From NCBI GenBank assembly GCA_945871875.1, contig CAMBYC010000001.1, positions 7,202 through 71,201 on the forward strand: DNA of 64,000 bases, read 5' to 3'. The stretch comes from Sphingobacterium thalpophilum (GTDB lineage: Bacteria > Bacteroidota > Bacteroidia > Chitinophagales > Chitinophagaceae). Under the pieces are notes generated by a model, which was given only the letters and a program-made list of their open reading frames with translations, searched no databases and was not told where the DNA came from. Positions within the stretch are counted from its first letter, which is position 1. Each line of letters starts with the position of its first letter. Below, in pieces: positions 49,626-59,896 of this stretch. Made by a program: the position numbers and the translations under genes.

Positions 49626-50201
49626 CTAAATAATTTTAATTTGATGTTTATCTAAAAGCCCTAATACTCCTGGTAGAGAAAATTTAGCTTTTTTTACATT
49701 GTTAATTTCAGGGTCAATAGAATAATTATAAGCGGAACTAAAGTCAGCTTTTTCTAAATTGGATTGATTAAACAAAGATTTTGATAAGTTACAATTTTTA
49801 AAAACAGCACTGTTTAAATCTGTGGAGGTGAAATCAACATCTACTAAACTAGAATTTTCAAAATTTATATTTTTTATTTTCATAAGGTTAAAAGATGAAA
49901 AATCTAGAATACAGGTTTTAAATTCAACTTCAAATAAAAAAGGGTGACAATCTTCAAAATGTAATCCCATTAATTTGCTATTTGAAAATAAACAAGATCT
50001 AAAGGCTGTTTGATTTAATTTTGAATTGCTAAAATTGGTTTCTAAAAATGTGCAGGATACAAAAGTGAAATTGGAAAGGTCTGCATTTGATAGATCACAG
50101 TTATTGAATACACAATATTCATATTCTCCAATAGGAAAAGGTGTTTCATTAAATATTATGTTTTCAAATTGTTGATTTTCAAAAAGAATATCGGAACTCA
50201 T
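49626..50201 (-). CDS. pentapeptide-repeat protein
   Basis: Uninterrupted A(D/N)LXX-type pentads (CDLSNADLSNFTFVSCTFLETNFSNSKLNQ...). Length is 191 aa. Confidence 0.85.
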   Translation of the reverse strand: MSSDILFENQQFENIIFNETPFPIGEYEYCVFNNCDLSNADLSNFTFVSCTFLETNFSNSKLNQTAFRSCLFSNSKLMGLHFEDCHPFLFEVEFKTCILDFSSFNLMKIKNINFENSSLVDVDFTSTDLNSAVFKNCNLSKSLFNQSNLEKADFSSAYNYSIDPEINNVKKAKFSLPGVLGLLDKHQIKII

Positions 50202-50382
50202 AAAAAAAGATGAATTTTTAATTCATAAAATATTGAATAAATATAGGGTAGAATGAGGCATAAATTTCTAAATTCAATAGACAATAGTATCAAAATAAAA
50301 AAATAAGTATCTCGAAATGAATATTTCGGCATTTAGATTTTATAAAAATTGGTTGTAAAACGTTTACTTTATAGATATTTGC

Positions 50383-50390
50383 TATATTTG
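50383..50390 (+). promoter_or_regulatory. -7 box TATATTTG upstream of accA
   Basis: Exact TAnnTTTG match, 24 nt before the ATG at 50414. Confidence 0.4.
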
Positions 50391-50413
50391 AAGCCCTTCA
50401 AACAAAAGACGCA

Positions 50414-51385
50414 ATGCCTGATTTAGAAAACCGACAGTACTTAGAGTTTGAAAAACCGATCAAAGATCTTGGTGATCAGATTATTCAACTAAAAGCTGCA
50501 GCAGCTAAAAACAAGATAGATTTAGATGAACCAATTCGCCATTTGGATGAAAAAATCCTTGAAAAGCGAAAAGAAATTACTGAATCATTAACCAATTGGC
50601 AGAAAGTTCAATTGAGTCGCCACCCAGATAGACCATATACTTTAGCTTATATTAAGCGCATGTGTACCAATTTTACCGAGTTACATGGTGATAGAAATTT
50701 TAAAGACGACAAAGCAATTGTAGGTGGTTTCGCATCTTTGAATGGGGAAACAGTAATGCTTATTGGTCATCAAAAAGGCATCAATACTAAAATGAGGCAA
50801 TTGCGAAATTTTGGTATGGCAAATCCTGAAGGCTATAGAAAAGCTTTAAGGTTGATGAAACTTGCCGAAAAGTTCAATAAACCAATCATAACTTTAGTGG
50901 ATACTCCTGGAGCTTTTCCAGGAATTGAAGCAGAAGAGCGAGGCCAAGGTGAAGCAATTGCAAGAAATATTTTTGAGATGCTGAGGATGAAAGTTCCTGT
51001 AATATGTGTAGTTATTGGAGAAGGAGCAAGTGGTGGTGCACTAGGAATTGGTGTTGGAGATCGAGTTTTAATGATGGAAAATACTTGGTACACTGTTATT
51101 TCACCTGAAAGCTGCAGTTCAATTCTTTGGAGAAGTTGGGATATGAAAGAAAAAGCTGCTGATGAACTTAAATTAACAGCCGATCACATGATTAAGTTTG
51201 GACTTGTAGACGGCATAGTTCCAGAGCCTTTGGGTGGAACACATTGGGATTATGATGAAGCTGCTGAAAAATTAAAAGCATATATCCTTCCAATTTTACA
51301 AGAACTAAAACAACTCTCTCCAGAAGAAAGAATTGAACAACGGGTAGCAAAATTTTCAAAAATGGGTTTCTGGGAAGAAGCTTAA
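50414..51385 (+). CDS. accA: acetyl-CoA carboxylase carboxyltransferase alpha subunit
   Basis: [27 protein letters not shown]. Confidence 0.93.
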   Translation: MPDLENRQYLEFEKPIKDLGDQIIQLKAAAAKNKIDLDEPIRHLDEKILEKRKEITESLTNWQKVQLSRHPDRPYTLAYIKRMCTNFTELHGDRNFKDDKAIVGGFASLNGETVMLIGHQKGINTKMRQLRNFGMANPEGYRKALRLMKLAEKFNKPIITLVDTPGAFPGIEAEERGQGEAIARNIFEMLRMKVPVICVVIGEGASGGALGIGVGDRVLMMENTWYTVISPESCSSILWRSWDMKEKAADELKLTADHMIKFGLVDGIVPEPLGGTHWDYDEAAEKLKAYILPILQELKQLSPEERIEQRVAKFSKMGFWEEA

Positions 51386-51403
51386 ACAAATAAATTTAAG
51401 AAG

Positions 51404-52294
51404 ATGTCAGCTGCAACTTTTTTAGGTACCGGAGTAGCTATTATTACCCCTTTTTTGCAAGATGGTGAAATTGATTGGGATGGATTGAACAAACTCATTC
51501 ATCACCTTTCTGATGGAAAAGTTGATTATTTGGTGGTTTTGGGAACCACAGGAGAAAATGTTGCCCTTTCAAAATTTGAAAAACAACAAGTATTTAGCTT
51601 TGTTGCACAAAATAATTACGCAAATCTACCTTTGGTTGCAGGAATTGGCGGAAATTATACAAATGATGTGTTAGAATCACTTTCATCTACAGATTTAACG
51701 GGTTACCACGCAATCTTGTCTGTTAGTCCTTATTACAACAAACCAAATCAAGAGGGTATTTTTCAACATTATTCATTAATTGCTGAGAAAAGTCCTTTGC
51801 CGGTAATTTTATACAATGTTCCAGGAAGAACAGGTATGAATATGTCTGCAAAAACTACCATTCGGTTAGCAAATACATACAAAAATATTATTGGAATAAA
51901 AGAAGCTTCTGGAAATATGGAGCAAATGATGCAGATTATAAAAGATAAACCTGAAGGTTTTGAATTAATTAGTGGAGATGATGGATTGGCTTTGCCACTT
52001 ATAGCTGTTGGCGCAATTGGTGTAATTTCAGTAGTTGGAAATGCATTCCCACGTGATTTTTCAGCAATGGTTAAGTTATGTCTTCAAGGGGATTTTATTT
52101 CAGCGAGACCATTACACAATGCTTTTTTGGATATTATTCCTACATTATTTTTAGAAGGCAACCCAAGTGGGGTTAAAGCTTATCTTTCTGAAATGAGTAT
52201 TTGTGGAAACTTTTTTAGATTACCTGTATGTAAAGTTAGTGAAGAACTTCACTTTAACATTAAATTTTTAATTGAAAAATTAAAGTTAGCTTAA
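51404..52294 (+). CDS. dapA: 4-hydroxy-tetrahydrodipicolinate synthase
   Basis: GTTGE motif, YNVPGRT and the active-site Lys context GIKEASG. Confidence 0.93.
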   Translation: MSAATFLGTGVAIITPFLQDGEIDWDGLNKLIHHLSDGKVDYLVVLGTTGENVALSKFEKQQVFSFVAQNNYANLPLVAGIGGNYTNDVLESLSSTDLTGYHAILSVSPYYNKPNQEGIFQHYSLIAEKSPLPVILYNVPGRTGMNMSAKTTIRLANTYKNIIGIKEASGNMEQMMQIIKDKPEGFELISGDDGLALPLIAVGAIGVISVVGNAFPRDFSAMVKLCLQGDFISARPLHNAFLDIIPTLFLEGNPSGVKAYLSEMSICGNFFRLPVCKVSEELHFNIKFLIEKLKLA

Positions 52295-52327
52295 TGGTTT
52301 TGGTCTAAGGTTTTTCACTAAAATTGA

Positions 52328-53233
52328 TTAGCGAATAAAAAATGAAGTTCCCTCAATGGCAAGTTCCGTTTGAGGAAATATAGATTTTGTTTCTTCTAAA
52401 AACTGCTCTAATTGAGCATATTTGCTACTGAAATGTCCTATCAATAATCTTTTTACATTTGCCTTTTGTGCAAATCTTGCTGCTTGATGGGTTGTTGAAT
52501 GATAACGAAGGGTTGCTTTTACATCATCAATGGACAAATAAGTTGTTTCATGATAGAGTAAATCTGCATCTTTCACAAAAGGTAAAAATGATTCTTCATA
52601 TTTTGTATCAGCACAATATGCATAAGATCTAGCTGGAGATGGAGAAATTGTCACCCATTCATTTTTAACAACATCACCATTGGGATGAATAAAATCTTTT
52701 CCCAATTTGAGATCCCCATAAAAAGAAGATGGGATGTTTAGCTTAATACATTTTTCATTGTTAACACGACGAGGTTTTTCTTTTTCTTTAAACATAAATC
52801 CCCAACAAGCAATTCTGTGATGAACGGGGAAACATGTTACCGTAATTTTCTTTTCATCAAGAATTAATCCTTCTGTGGGAAGTGGGTGAAAATGCAATTT
52901 ATAGCTTAATGTGTTGTCAGCAGCGTCAAAAATTTGTTGTAAAATTGATTCTAATTGTTTCGGTGCATAAAGATGAAGATCGTCTTCTCTACCAATTAAT
53001 GAAAAGCTATTCAATAAACCAGGCAATCCAAAATAATGATCCCCATGCAAATGAGAAATAAAAATATGATTGATTCTGCTGCGTCTAATTTTAAAGTGAT
53101 TCATTTGACTTTGAGCACCTTCTCCGCAATCTACCAAAAAAGCAACTTCATTCAATTCCACCACCTGAGCAGTAGGATGCCTGTTGTGCATGGGTAATGC
53201 AGAATTGTTGCCGAGTATGGTTACAGAAAACAT
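52328..53233 (-). CDS. rnz: ribonuclease Z (metallo-beta-lactamase fold)
   Basis: HLHGDH motif. 301 aa with a short-form RNase Z layout. Confidence 0.85.
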   Translation of the reverse strand: MFSVTILGNNSALPMHNRHPTAQVVELNEVAFLVDCGEGAQSQMNHFKIRRSRINHIFISHLHGDHYFGLPGLLNSFSLIGREDDLHLYAPKQLESILQQIFDAADNTLSYKLHFHPLPTEGLILDEKKITVTCFPVHHRIACWGFMFKEKEKPRRVNNEKCIKLNIPSSFYGDLKLGKDFIHPNGDVVKNEWVTISPSPARSYAYCADTKYEESFLPFVKDADLLYHETTYLSIDDVKATLRYHSTTHQAARFAQKANVKRLLIGHFSSKYAQLEQFLEETKSIFPQTELAIEGTSFFIR

Positions 53234-53328
53234 ATTATAAACAATTAAAAAACAGAAACATTAACGCATATAAATGTAATCTATTGTAATTTACTTCCTA
53301 CAATTTGATTTGATGTCAAAATTTATGC

Positions 53329-53697
53329 CTAATCCCACATTTCCCTTTCTATTTCATCCATGTGTACAATTTCTACAGCTTCATTTTCTGTTGGTGTAAA
53401 TTGAATCACATCAATTATATCTTTTTCTTTCAAATATGCTTTTACTTGAGGAGAAAAATTGCAGAAAACAAATGAATATCCGTTTTCAAAACTTTTTAGT
53501 TGAAATTCTATCAGCGTTGCCAGCGTTTTAGATGAAATTTGGGTAACTCTACCCATATTTATAATAATATTCTTAATTGATGTGTTCAGACAATTTGTAA
53601 TTATTTTTGTGATTTCATCTGACAAATTAGCAGTTAAGTCGTTTTCTTCTATCCTAATGACATGAAATTTTTCTTTGGTATCAAGTTTGAATTGCAT
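53329..53697 (-). CDS. STAS-domain protein (anti-sigma-factor-antagonist-like)
   Basis: 122 aa. The pattern ...IIINMGRVTQISSKTLATLIEF... is typical of SpoIIAA-like STAS proteins. Confidence 0.65.
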   Translation of the reverse strand: MQFKLDTKEKFHVIRIEENDLTANLSDEITKIITNCLNTSIKNIIINMGRVTQISSKTLATLIEFQLKSFENGYSFVFCNFSPQVKAYLKEKDIIDVIQFTPTENEAVEIVHMDEIEREMWD

Positions 53698-53843
53698 TCA
53701 GTGTAATTTAACTGTTAATAATATTATTTTTGACAACCCGTTTAAAATCTTAATGGTTTCTTAAAACCGATTGATGATAAACAGAACTCAAATTTATTTG
53801 TTATTATTGTTATTATATACATTCATAAATTAAAATATCTCAC

Positions 53844-56366
53844 ATGGACAATAATTTTTCAGCCCAGGTTAAGGAAATTATTTCGTTTAGTAGGGAAGAA
53901 GCACTGAGACTGGGCAATGATTTTATAGGAACTGAACATTTATTGCTAGGATTGATTCGTGATGGTGAAAATACTGCTGTTAAAATCTTGAAAAGTTTGA
54001 ATGTTGATCTCTATGAATTGCGTAAAGAAGTAGAATTGGCTGTTAAGGATAAAACTGGAAAGAATATCGCCAATATTAATAGTTTGCCGCTCACTCGCCA
54101 AGCCGAAAAAGTAATAAGAGTAACTCTTTTAGAAGCAAAAGCATTAAAAAGTCCAACCGTAGAAACAGAACATTTAATGCTTTCCATCCTAAAAAATAAA
54201 GAAAATATTGCAACACAAATTCTAAATCAATTTGATGTTGATTATGATTTATTCAGAAATGATCTTGGCGTTATTAAAACAAACGATATAAAAAGTGAGT
54301 TTTCAGAAGATCCTGAAGAAGATTTTGACGAGGAAAAGCGCAGTTTCCAGCAAAAAGCAAAGCAACAAACTGGGAATGCCAAAAGTAAAACACCGGTATT
54401 AGATAATTTTGGTAGAGATATTACCCGTTTGGCGGAAATGGGAACATTAGATCCTATTGTAGGTAGAGAAAAAGAAATTGAGCGTGTTTCACAAATTTTA
54501 TCTCGACGTAAGAAGAACAATCCAATTATTATTGGTGAGCCTGGAGTTGGTAAAACGGCTATTGTTGAAGGTTTAGCTCTTCGTATTGTTCAGCGTAAGG
54601 TTTCTAGAGTATTGTTTGATAAACGTGTTGTTTCTCTTGATTTGGCAGCATTAGTTGCAGGTACAAAATATCGCGGGCAATTTGAGGAACGTATGAAAGC
54701 CATTATGAATGAGCTTGAAAAAAACCGTGATGTAATTCTTTTTATCGATGAATTGCATACTATTGTTGGTGCCGGTGGGGCAAGTGGATCACTAGATGCC
54801 TCAAATATTTTTAAACCTGCATTAGCTAGAGGAGAACTTCAATGTATTGGTGCATCAACCCTTGATGAATATAGAATGTATATTGAAAAAGATGGTGCAT
54901 TGGATCGACGTTTCCAAAAAGTTATCATTGATCCGCCAAGTATTGATGAAACCATTCAAATACTTACCAACATCAAATCCAACTACGAAGATTATCATAA
55001 TGTATCGTATGCTCCAGATGCAATTGAAGCTTGTGTAAAACTTAGTGATCGGTATATCACAGATCGTTTGTTACCAGATAAAGCCATCGATGTTTTAGAT
55101 GAGGTAGGAGCACGTGTTCACCTTAAAAACATCAATGTTCCACAAGATATTTTGGAATTAGAGAAGAAAATTGAAGACACTAAGCAAGAGAAAAATAAGG
55201 TTGTTAAAAGTCAACGTTTTGAAGAAGCAGCTTCATTACGTGATAACGAAAAGAAATTGCAAGAGGAGTTAGAAAAAGCGAAAAACTTTTGGGAAGAAGA
55301 TAGTAAAAATAAAAGATATCCTATTACCGAAGAAGATATTGCTGAAGTGGTTTGTATGATGACAGGGATTCCTGTAAAAAGAATGGTGCAAGCTGAAACT
55401 GAAAAGTTGCGGAATATGGCCATAGAAATGAAAGGATTGGTTGTTGGTCAGGATGATGCTATTAGCAAAGTGGTTAAGGCCATTCAACGCAATAGAGTAG
55501 GGTTGAAAGATCCTAAAAAGCCAATTGGAACTTTTATTTTTCTTGGTCCAACTGGTGTAGGAAAAACAGAATTGGCTCGAACTTTAGCTAAGTATATGTT
55601 TGATTCTGAAGATGCTTTAGTCCGAATAGATATGAGTGAGTATATGGAGAAGTTTACCGTTAGTAGATTAATTGGAGCTCCTCCAGGATATGTAGGTTAT
55701 GAAGAAGGTGGTCAACTTACAGAAAAAGTAAGAAGAAAACCATATTCTGTAATATTACTTGATGAAATCGAAAAAGCACATCCAGATATTTATAATATTT
55801 TGTTACAAGTGTTAGATGATGGTCAACTTACAGATGGTTTAGGACGTAAAGTAGATTTCAAAAATACTTTGATTATTATGACTTCAAATATTGGAGCCAG
55901 ACAATTAAAAGATTTTGGAGAGGGTGTTGGGTTTGCTACACAATCTCGTATGCAAAATTCGGAAGAAGCCAATAAAGCGGTTATAGAAAAGGCATTGAAA
56001 CGTACTTTCTCACCAGAGTTTCTAAACAGAGTAGATGATGTTGTGATTTTCAATTCTTTAACCAAAGAAAACATCTTTGAAATAATAGATATTTTGATGA
56101 AAGGGGTTATGGCTAGGTTAAAGAACCTCGGATTTGAATTGGAATTAACCGCAGAAGCCAAAGATTTCATTGCTGAAAAAGGGTATGATCAACAATATGG
56201 TGCAAGACCTCTGCATAGGGCAATTCAAAAATATCTTGAAGATCCCTTGGCTGAAGAAATTTTAAGCATGAATATCAAGCAGGGTGACGCAATGGTTGCA
56301 GATTTAGACAAAGAAACACAGAAATTGGTATTCACATTGAAAGAATTGCTCCCTGTGAATTCTTAA
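53844..56366 (+). CDS. clpC: ATP-dependent Clp protease ATP-binding subunit, ClpC-type
   Basis: Double Clp_N repeat. Two AAA+ modules (GEPGVGKT; GPTGVGKT) and a UVR-like linker (QRFEEAASLRDNEKKL). Confidence 0.93.
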   Translation: MDNNFSAQVKEIISFSREEALRLGNDFIGTEHLLLGLIRDGENTAVKILKSLNVDLYELRKEVELAVKDKTGKNIANINSLPLTRQAEKVIRVTLLEAKALKSPTVETEHLMLSILKNKENIATQILNQFDVDYDLFRNDLGVIKTNDIKSEFSEDPEEDFDEEKRSFQQKAKQQTGNAKSKTPVLDNFGRDITRLAEMGTLDPIVGREKEIERVSQILSRRKKNNPIIIGEPGVGKTAIVEGLALRIVQRKVSRVLFDKRVVSLDLAALVAGTKYRGQFEERMKAIMNELEKNRDVILFIDELHTIVGAGGASGSLDASNIFKPALARGELQCIGASTLDEYRMYIEKDGALDRRFQKVIIDPPSIDETIQILTNIKSNYEDYHNVSYAPDAIEACVKLSDRYITDRLLPDKAIDVLDEVGARVHLKNINVPQDILELEKKIEDTKQEKNKVVKSQRFEEAASLRDNEKKLQEELEKAKNFWEEDSKNKRYPITEEDIAEVVCMMTGIPVKRMVQAETEKLRNMAIEMKGLVVGQDDAISKVVKAIQRNRVGLKDPKKPIGTFIFLGPTGVGKTELARTLAKYMFDSEDALVRIDMSEYMEKFTVSRLIGAPPGYVGYEEGGQLTEKVRRKPYSVILLDEIEKAHPDIYNILLQVLDDGQLTDGLGRKVDFKNTLIIMTSNIGARQLKDFGEGVGFATQSRMQNSEEANKAVIEKALKRTFSPEFLNRVDDVVIFNSLTKENIFEIIDILMKGVMARLKNLGFELELTAEAKDFIAEKGYDQQYGARPLHRAIQKYLEDPLAEEILSMNIKQGDAMVADLDKETQKLVFTLKELLPVNS

Positions 56367-56376
56367 ATAGGATTTT

Positions 56377-56444
56377 GGTCACAAGAATTATGCTTAAAAT
56401 GTATTGATTTGTTAAATTATTACATTTGCATAATTCTTGTGACC
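56377..56444. terminator. long nested hairpin after clpC
   Basis: Perfect 17-bp outer stem GGTCACAAGAATTATGC / GCATAATTCTTGTGACC plus a 7-bp inner stem AAATGTA / TACATTT. The T-tail is weak. Confidence 0.5.
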
Positions 56445-56484
56445 TTAATTCTTCATTCCTAATTCCCAATTATTAATTATTAAT

Positions 56485-57183
56485 ATGTATTCTTCCTCGA
56501 TAATAATTGCAGTTGATGGTTTTTCTTCATGCGGTAAAAGCACAATGGCAAAGCAATTATCAAAGATATTGAATTATGTTTTTGTAGATAGTGGTGCAAT
56601 GTATCGAGCAATTACATTGTATTTCATGCAACATGAAATTGCAATAAATGATCCCCAAATGGTTGTTAGGGCCTTAGAAAATATTCAACTTGCATTCAAA
56701 ATAAATCCTGAAAGTTCCGCCAACGAAATTTACCTTAACGGCGAAAATGTTGAAAGTAAAATTAGAAGTTTGGCAATTGCTGAAAGAGTAAGCGATATTG
56801 CAGCAATTTCAGCTGTACGTTCATTTGCTGTAAAACAACAACAGCAAATGGGCATAAATGGTGGTATTGTAATGGACGGAAGGGATATTGGTACTGTTGT
56901 TTTTCCTCAAGCCGATTTAAAAATATTTATGACCGCGGATTTAGAAATTCGTGTAGAACGTCGATTTAAAGAATTGGCTCTGCAAAATAAAGATATCACA
57001 AAAGAAGAAGTGAGAGAAAACCTTGCTATGAGAGATCATATTGATTCAAATAGAGCTGATTCACCTTTAAAAATGGCTGAAGATGCTAGGGTTCTAGACA
57101 ATTCCTATTTACATCAAGATGAACAACTTGAGTTGGCCCTAAGATGGGCTTATGAAAAAATTAACTTAAAAAATTTATTTTAA
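56485..57183 (+). CDS. cmk: (d)CMP kinase
   Basis: P-loop IAVDGFSSCGKST, VDSGAMYRA, DGRDIGT. Confidence 0.92.
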   Translation: MYSSSIIIAVDGFSSCGKSTMAKQLSKILNYVFVDSGAMYRAITLYFMQHEIAINDPQMVVRALENIQLAFKINPESSANEIYLNGENVESKIRSLAIAERVSDIAAISAVRSFAVKQQQQMGINGGIVMDGRDIGTVVFPQADLKIFMTADLEIRVERRFKELALQNKDITKEEVRENLAMRDHIDSNRADSPLKMAEDARVLDNSYLHQDEQLELALRWAYEKINLKNLF

Positions 57184-57191
57184 AAAATAAA

Positions 57192-58424
57192 TTACAATCC
57201 GTTATAATAATCTACAACAGCCTCAAATGCTTCAGGTTTTCCAAAATATGACTGAATTTTTCTGATTACACCTTCCACCATAGCGTCAGGGCAAGACGCA
57301 CCACTAGTTACTAGAATCCTCAATGGTTTGCAATCTGGAAGCCAATTTTCAACAATCTTTTCTTCTTTAGTTATCCAATTAAAATCTATAATTGACATAT
57401 TGGAAATAATATCATCTTCAGATCTAATAAAAAAAGTAGGAAGTTTTTCTTCGCAAAGTTCAACCAAATGAGATGTATTGCTACTGTTTCTGCCACCAAC
57501 AACTATTGCAATATCTGCCGGTTGTTGCAGCATTCCAGATACGGCATTCTGGTTGTCGTTGGTTGCATAACATAAAGTATCCCTAGTATCTGCAAATCTT
57601 TCCGAAATGTTTGCTTCATTTAGATTATAAAGTTGCATCATAATCTTTTTAAGATAATCTGCAATAGCTTGAGTATCAGATGCCAACATGGTTGTTTGAT
57701 TTACCACACCAAAACGTTGTAAATCTTTTAAAACATCAAAACCCTCTGAGAATCTACCAGCAAATTCAGTATAAAAAGTTGAATCTGGTTTTTCTCCAGT
57801 TATAAATTTTGCTAATTCAGCTGCTTCTTTAATGTCATTTATAACAACACTAGGGGCAAAATCTGCACTATGAGAAAATGTTGCTCTTGTTTCTTCATGA
57901 GTTGGTTTGCCGTGAATAACTATGCTATATCCTTTTTTAGCAATTTGTGATGATCTATTCCAAACTTTTTCAACAAATGGACAAGTAGTATCGTATTTTT
58001 CAATAGGAATTCCCAAATCACGCAATTGTTTTTCTATAGGTAAAGTTGTTCCAAATGCGGGTATAATAACCACATCATCGGCAGTTAATGATTCAAAAGG
58101 AATTATTGTATTACCGTAGGTATCCATCAAAAACTGAACACCCTTTGCTTGTAAATCTCTGTTTACAAAGGGATTGTGAATCATTTCACTGAGTAAAAAA
58201 ATTCTTTTTCCAATATTGTTTTCAATGGTTTGAAAAGCAATTTCTATTGCATTTTCTACACCATAACAAAATCCAAAATGTCTAGCTAGGTAAATTTGCA
58301 AGTTGTCAAATTCTAAAAGGGTAGGGGAATCGTCTTTTTTCAAATGATCTGCTGCTTTCCGATATTGCTTTATGGCAGTAATTAATGGACTTCTATATGT
58401 AACTGGTACGTTAAATGATTTCAT
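57192..58424 (-). CDS. ispH: 4-hydroxy-3-methylbut-2-enyl diphosphate reductase, long form
   Basis: ATG at 58424 (the tracked GTG is at 58451). Cluster Cys contexts FGFCYGVENAI and DTTCPFVEKV. The ~100-aa N-terminal extension resembles cyanobacterial/plant-type LytB. Confidence 0.88.
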   Translation of the reverse strand: MKSFNVPVTYRSPLITAIKQYRKAADHLKKDDSPTLLEFDNLQIYLARHFGFCYGVENAIEIAFQTIENNIGKRIFLLSEMIHNPFVNRDLQAKGVQFLMDTYGNTIIPFESLTADDVVIIPAFGTTLPIEKQLRDLGIPIEKYDTTCPFVEKVWNRSSQIAKKGYSIVIHGKPTHEETRATFSHSADFAPSVVINDIKEAAELAKFITGEKPDSTFYTEFAGRFSEGFDVLKDLQRFGVVNQTTMLASDTQAIADYLKKIMMQLYNLNEANISERFADTRDTLCYATNDNQNAVSGMLQQPADIAIVVGGRNSSNTSHLVELCEEKLPTFFIRSEDDIISNMSIIDFNWITKEEKIVENWLPDCKPLRILVTSGASCPDAMVEGVIRKIQSYFGKPEAFEAVVDYYNGL

Positions 58425-58499
58425 TATAATTTGATATGAACTTTGTTTCACAAATTTACAAAGGTTTGGATAAATCAGCGATACTCTTTATCTTGAATT

Positions 58500-59780
58500 A
58501 TGCAATTTTCAATATTACCTTGGGCTAAACAGACAAATATATACGAAGTAAATCTAAGACAATATACAAACGAAGGCACAATTAGAGCATTTATGGCTCA
58601 TCTACCTCGATTAAAAGACATGGGCGTGAAAACGCTCTGGTTTATGCCTATTACTCCAATTAGTATTTTAAGGAGAAAGGGAACATTGGGCAGTTTTTAT
58701 GCAGCTTCGAATTATACTAAAATTAATCCTGAATTTGGAAATGATTATGACTTCAAGGAATTGGTAAATGCCGCACATGAACTTGGTTTGAAAGTGATTA
58801 TGGATTGGGTTGCCAATCATACTGGTGCAGATCATATTTGGACTATAGAAAATCCAGATTTTTATCTAAAAGATAAAAATGGCAATTTTTTTGACAAAAA
58901 TGGATGGGATGACGTTATCGATCTAGATTACAGAAACATTGAGATGAGGGAAGCAATGATTGGTGCTATGAAATATTGGGTTAACACTTTTGATATTGAT
59001 GGTTTTAGATGTGATATGGCAATGCTTACCCCTGTTGACTTTTGGAAAGAAGCAAGAATTGCCCTTGATAGTGTAAAACCATTGTTTTGGTTTGCAGAAT
59101 GTGATCAATGGAACAATCCCGAACATCTTGAAGTGTTTGATGCTGCTTATACTTGGGAATTTATGAAATCCGCAGAAGGATTGTATAATAGAAAGTCAAA
59201 TCTAGAACAATTGATTTCAATTCTTCGCAATTATGAACAATTAGAACCTAAAAGGGCGATGAAAGCTTGGTTTACAAGCAATCACGATGAAAACAGTTGG
59301 AACGGAACAGAGTATGAAAAATACGGTAGTATGGCTGCTCTGCTTGCTGTTTTTTCTTGCACTTGGAACGGTGTTCCATTATTGTATAGTGGTCAGGAAA
59401 TTCCCAATACAAAGAGGCTGGCTTTTTTTGATAAAGATGCTTTATTTTGGGATGGCGGTACTAGACTGCATGATTTCTATAAAAAATTATTGGAACTACA
59501 TAGTCAACACCCCGCATTAACTGCATCAAAAGAGGATGTTTTTACACAAATTATTCCATGTACAAATTCAGATAAAGTATTTATGTTCAAAAAGACATTC
59601 AATAATCATGAAGTTGTTGTAATGCTAAATCTTTCACCATTTTATGTTAATAGTGTTGTGCATGATAAGTCTTTTACTGGCAGTTATTATGAATTATTTA
59701 CCAATAAACATTGGGATGCAGCTCATCAAGATAATTTTCAACTAAGAGAGTGGGATTATAAGGTTTGGGTGAGGAAGTGA
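58500..59780 (+). CDS. GH13 alpha-amylase-family glycoside hydrolase, cytoplasmic
   Basis: DWVANHTG, DGFRCDMA, WFAECD, TSNHDEN. No signal peptide. Confidence 0.85.
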   Translation: MQFSILPWAKQTNIYEVNLRQYTNEGTIRAFMAHLPRLKDMGVKTLWFMPITPISILRRKGTLGSFYAASNYTKINPEFGNDYDFKELVNAAHELGLKVIMDWVANHTGADHIWTIENPDFYLKDKNGNFFDKNGWDDVIDLDYRNIEMREAMIGAMKYWVNTFDIDGFRCDMAMLTPVDFWKEARIALDSVKPLFWFAECDQWNNPEHLEVFDAAYTWEFMKSAEGLYNRKSNLEQLISILRNYEQLEPKRAMKAWFTSNHDENSWNGTEYEKYGSMAALLAVFSCTWNGVPLLYSGQEIPNTKRLAFFDKDALFWDGGTRLHDFYKKLLELHSQHPALTASKEDVFTQIIPCTNSDKVFMFKKTFNNHEVVVMLNLSPFYVNSVVHDKSFTGSYYELFTNKHWDAAHQDNFQLREWDYKVWVRK

Positions 59781-59813
59781 ATTATGAATTATGAATTATG
59801 AATTATGAATTAT
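59779..59813. repeat. five perfect tandem GAATTAT heptads followed by T8
   Basis: Read directly from the sequence. It begins inside the TGA stop of the GH13 gene. Confidence 0.9.
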
Positions 59814-59896
59814 TTTTTTTAGGGTTTTGGAATTAAGAAACATAAATGAAATTCTTTAACTTTCAATCATTTTTCTAAGTACAAAATTTATAGTTT

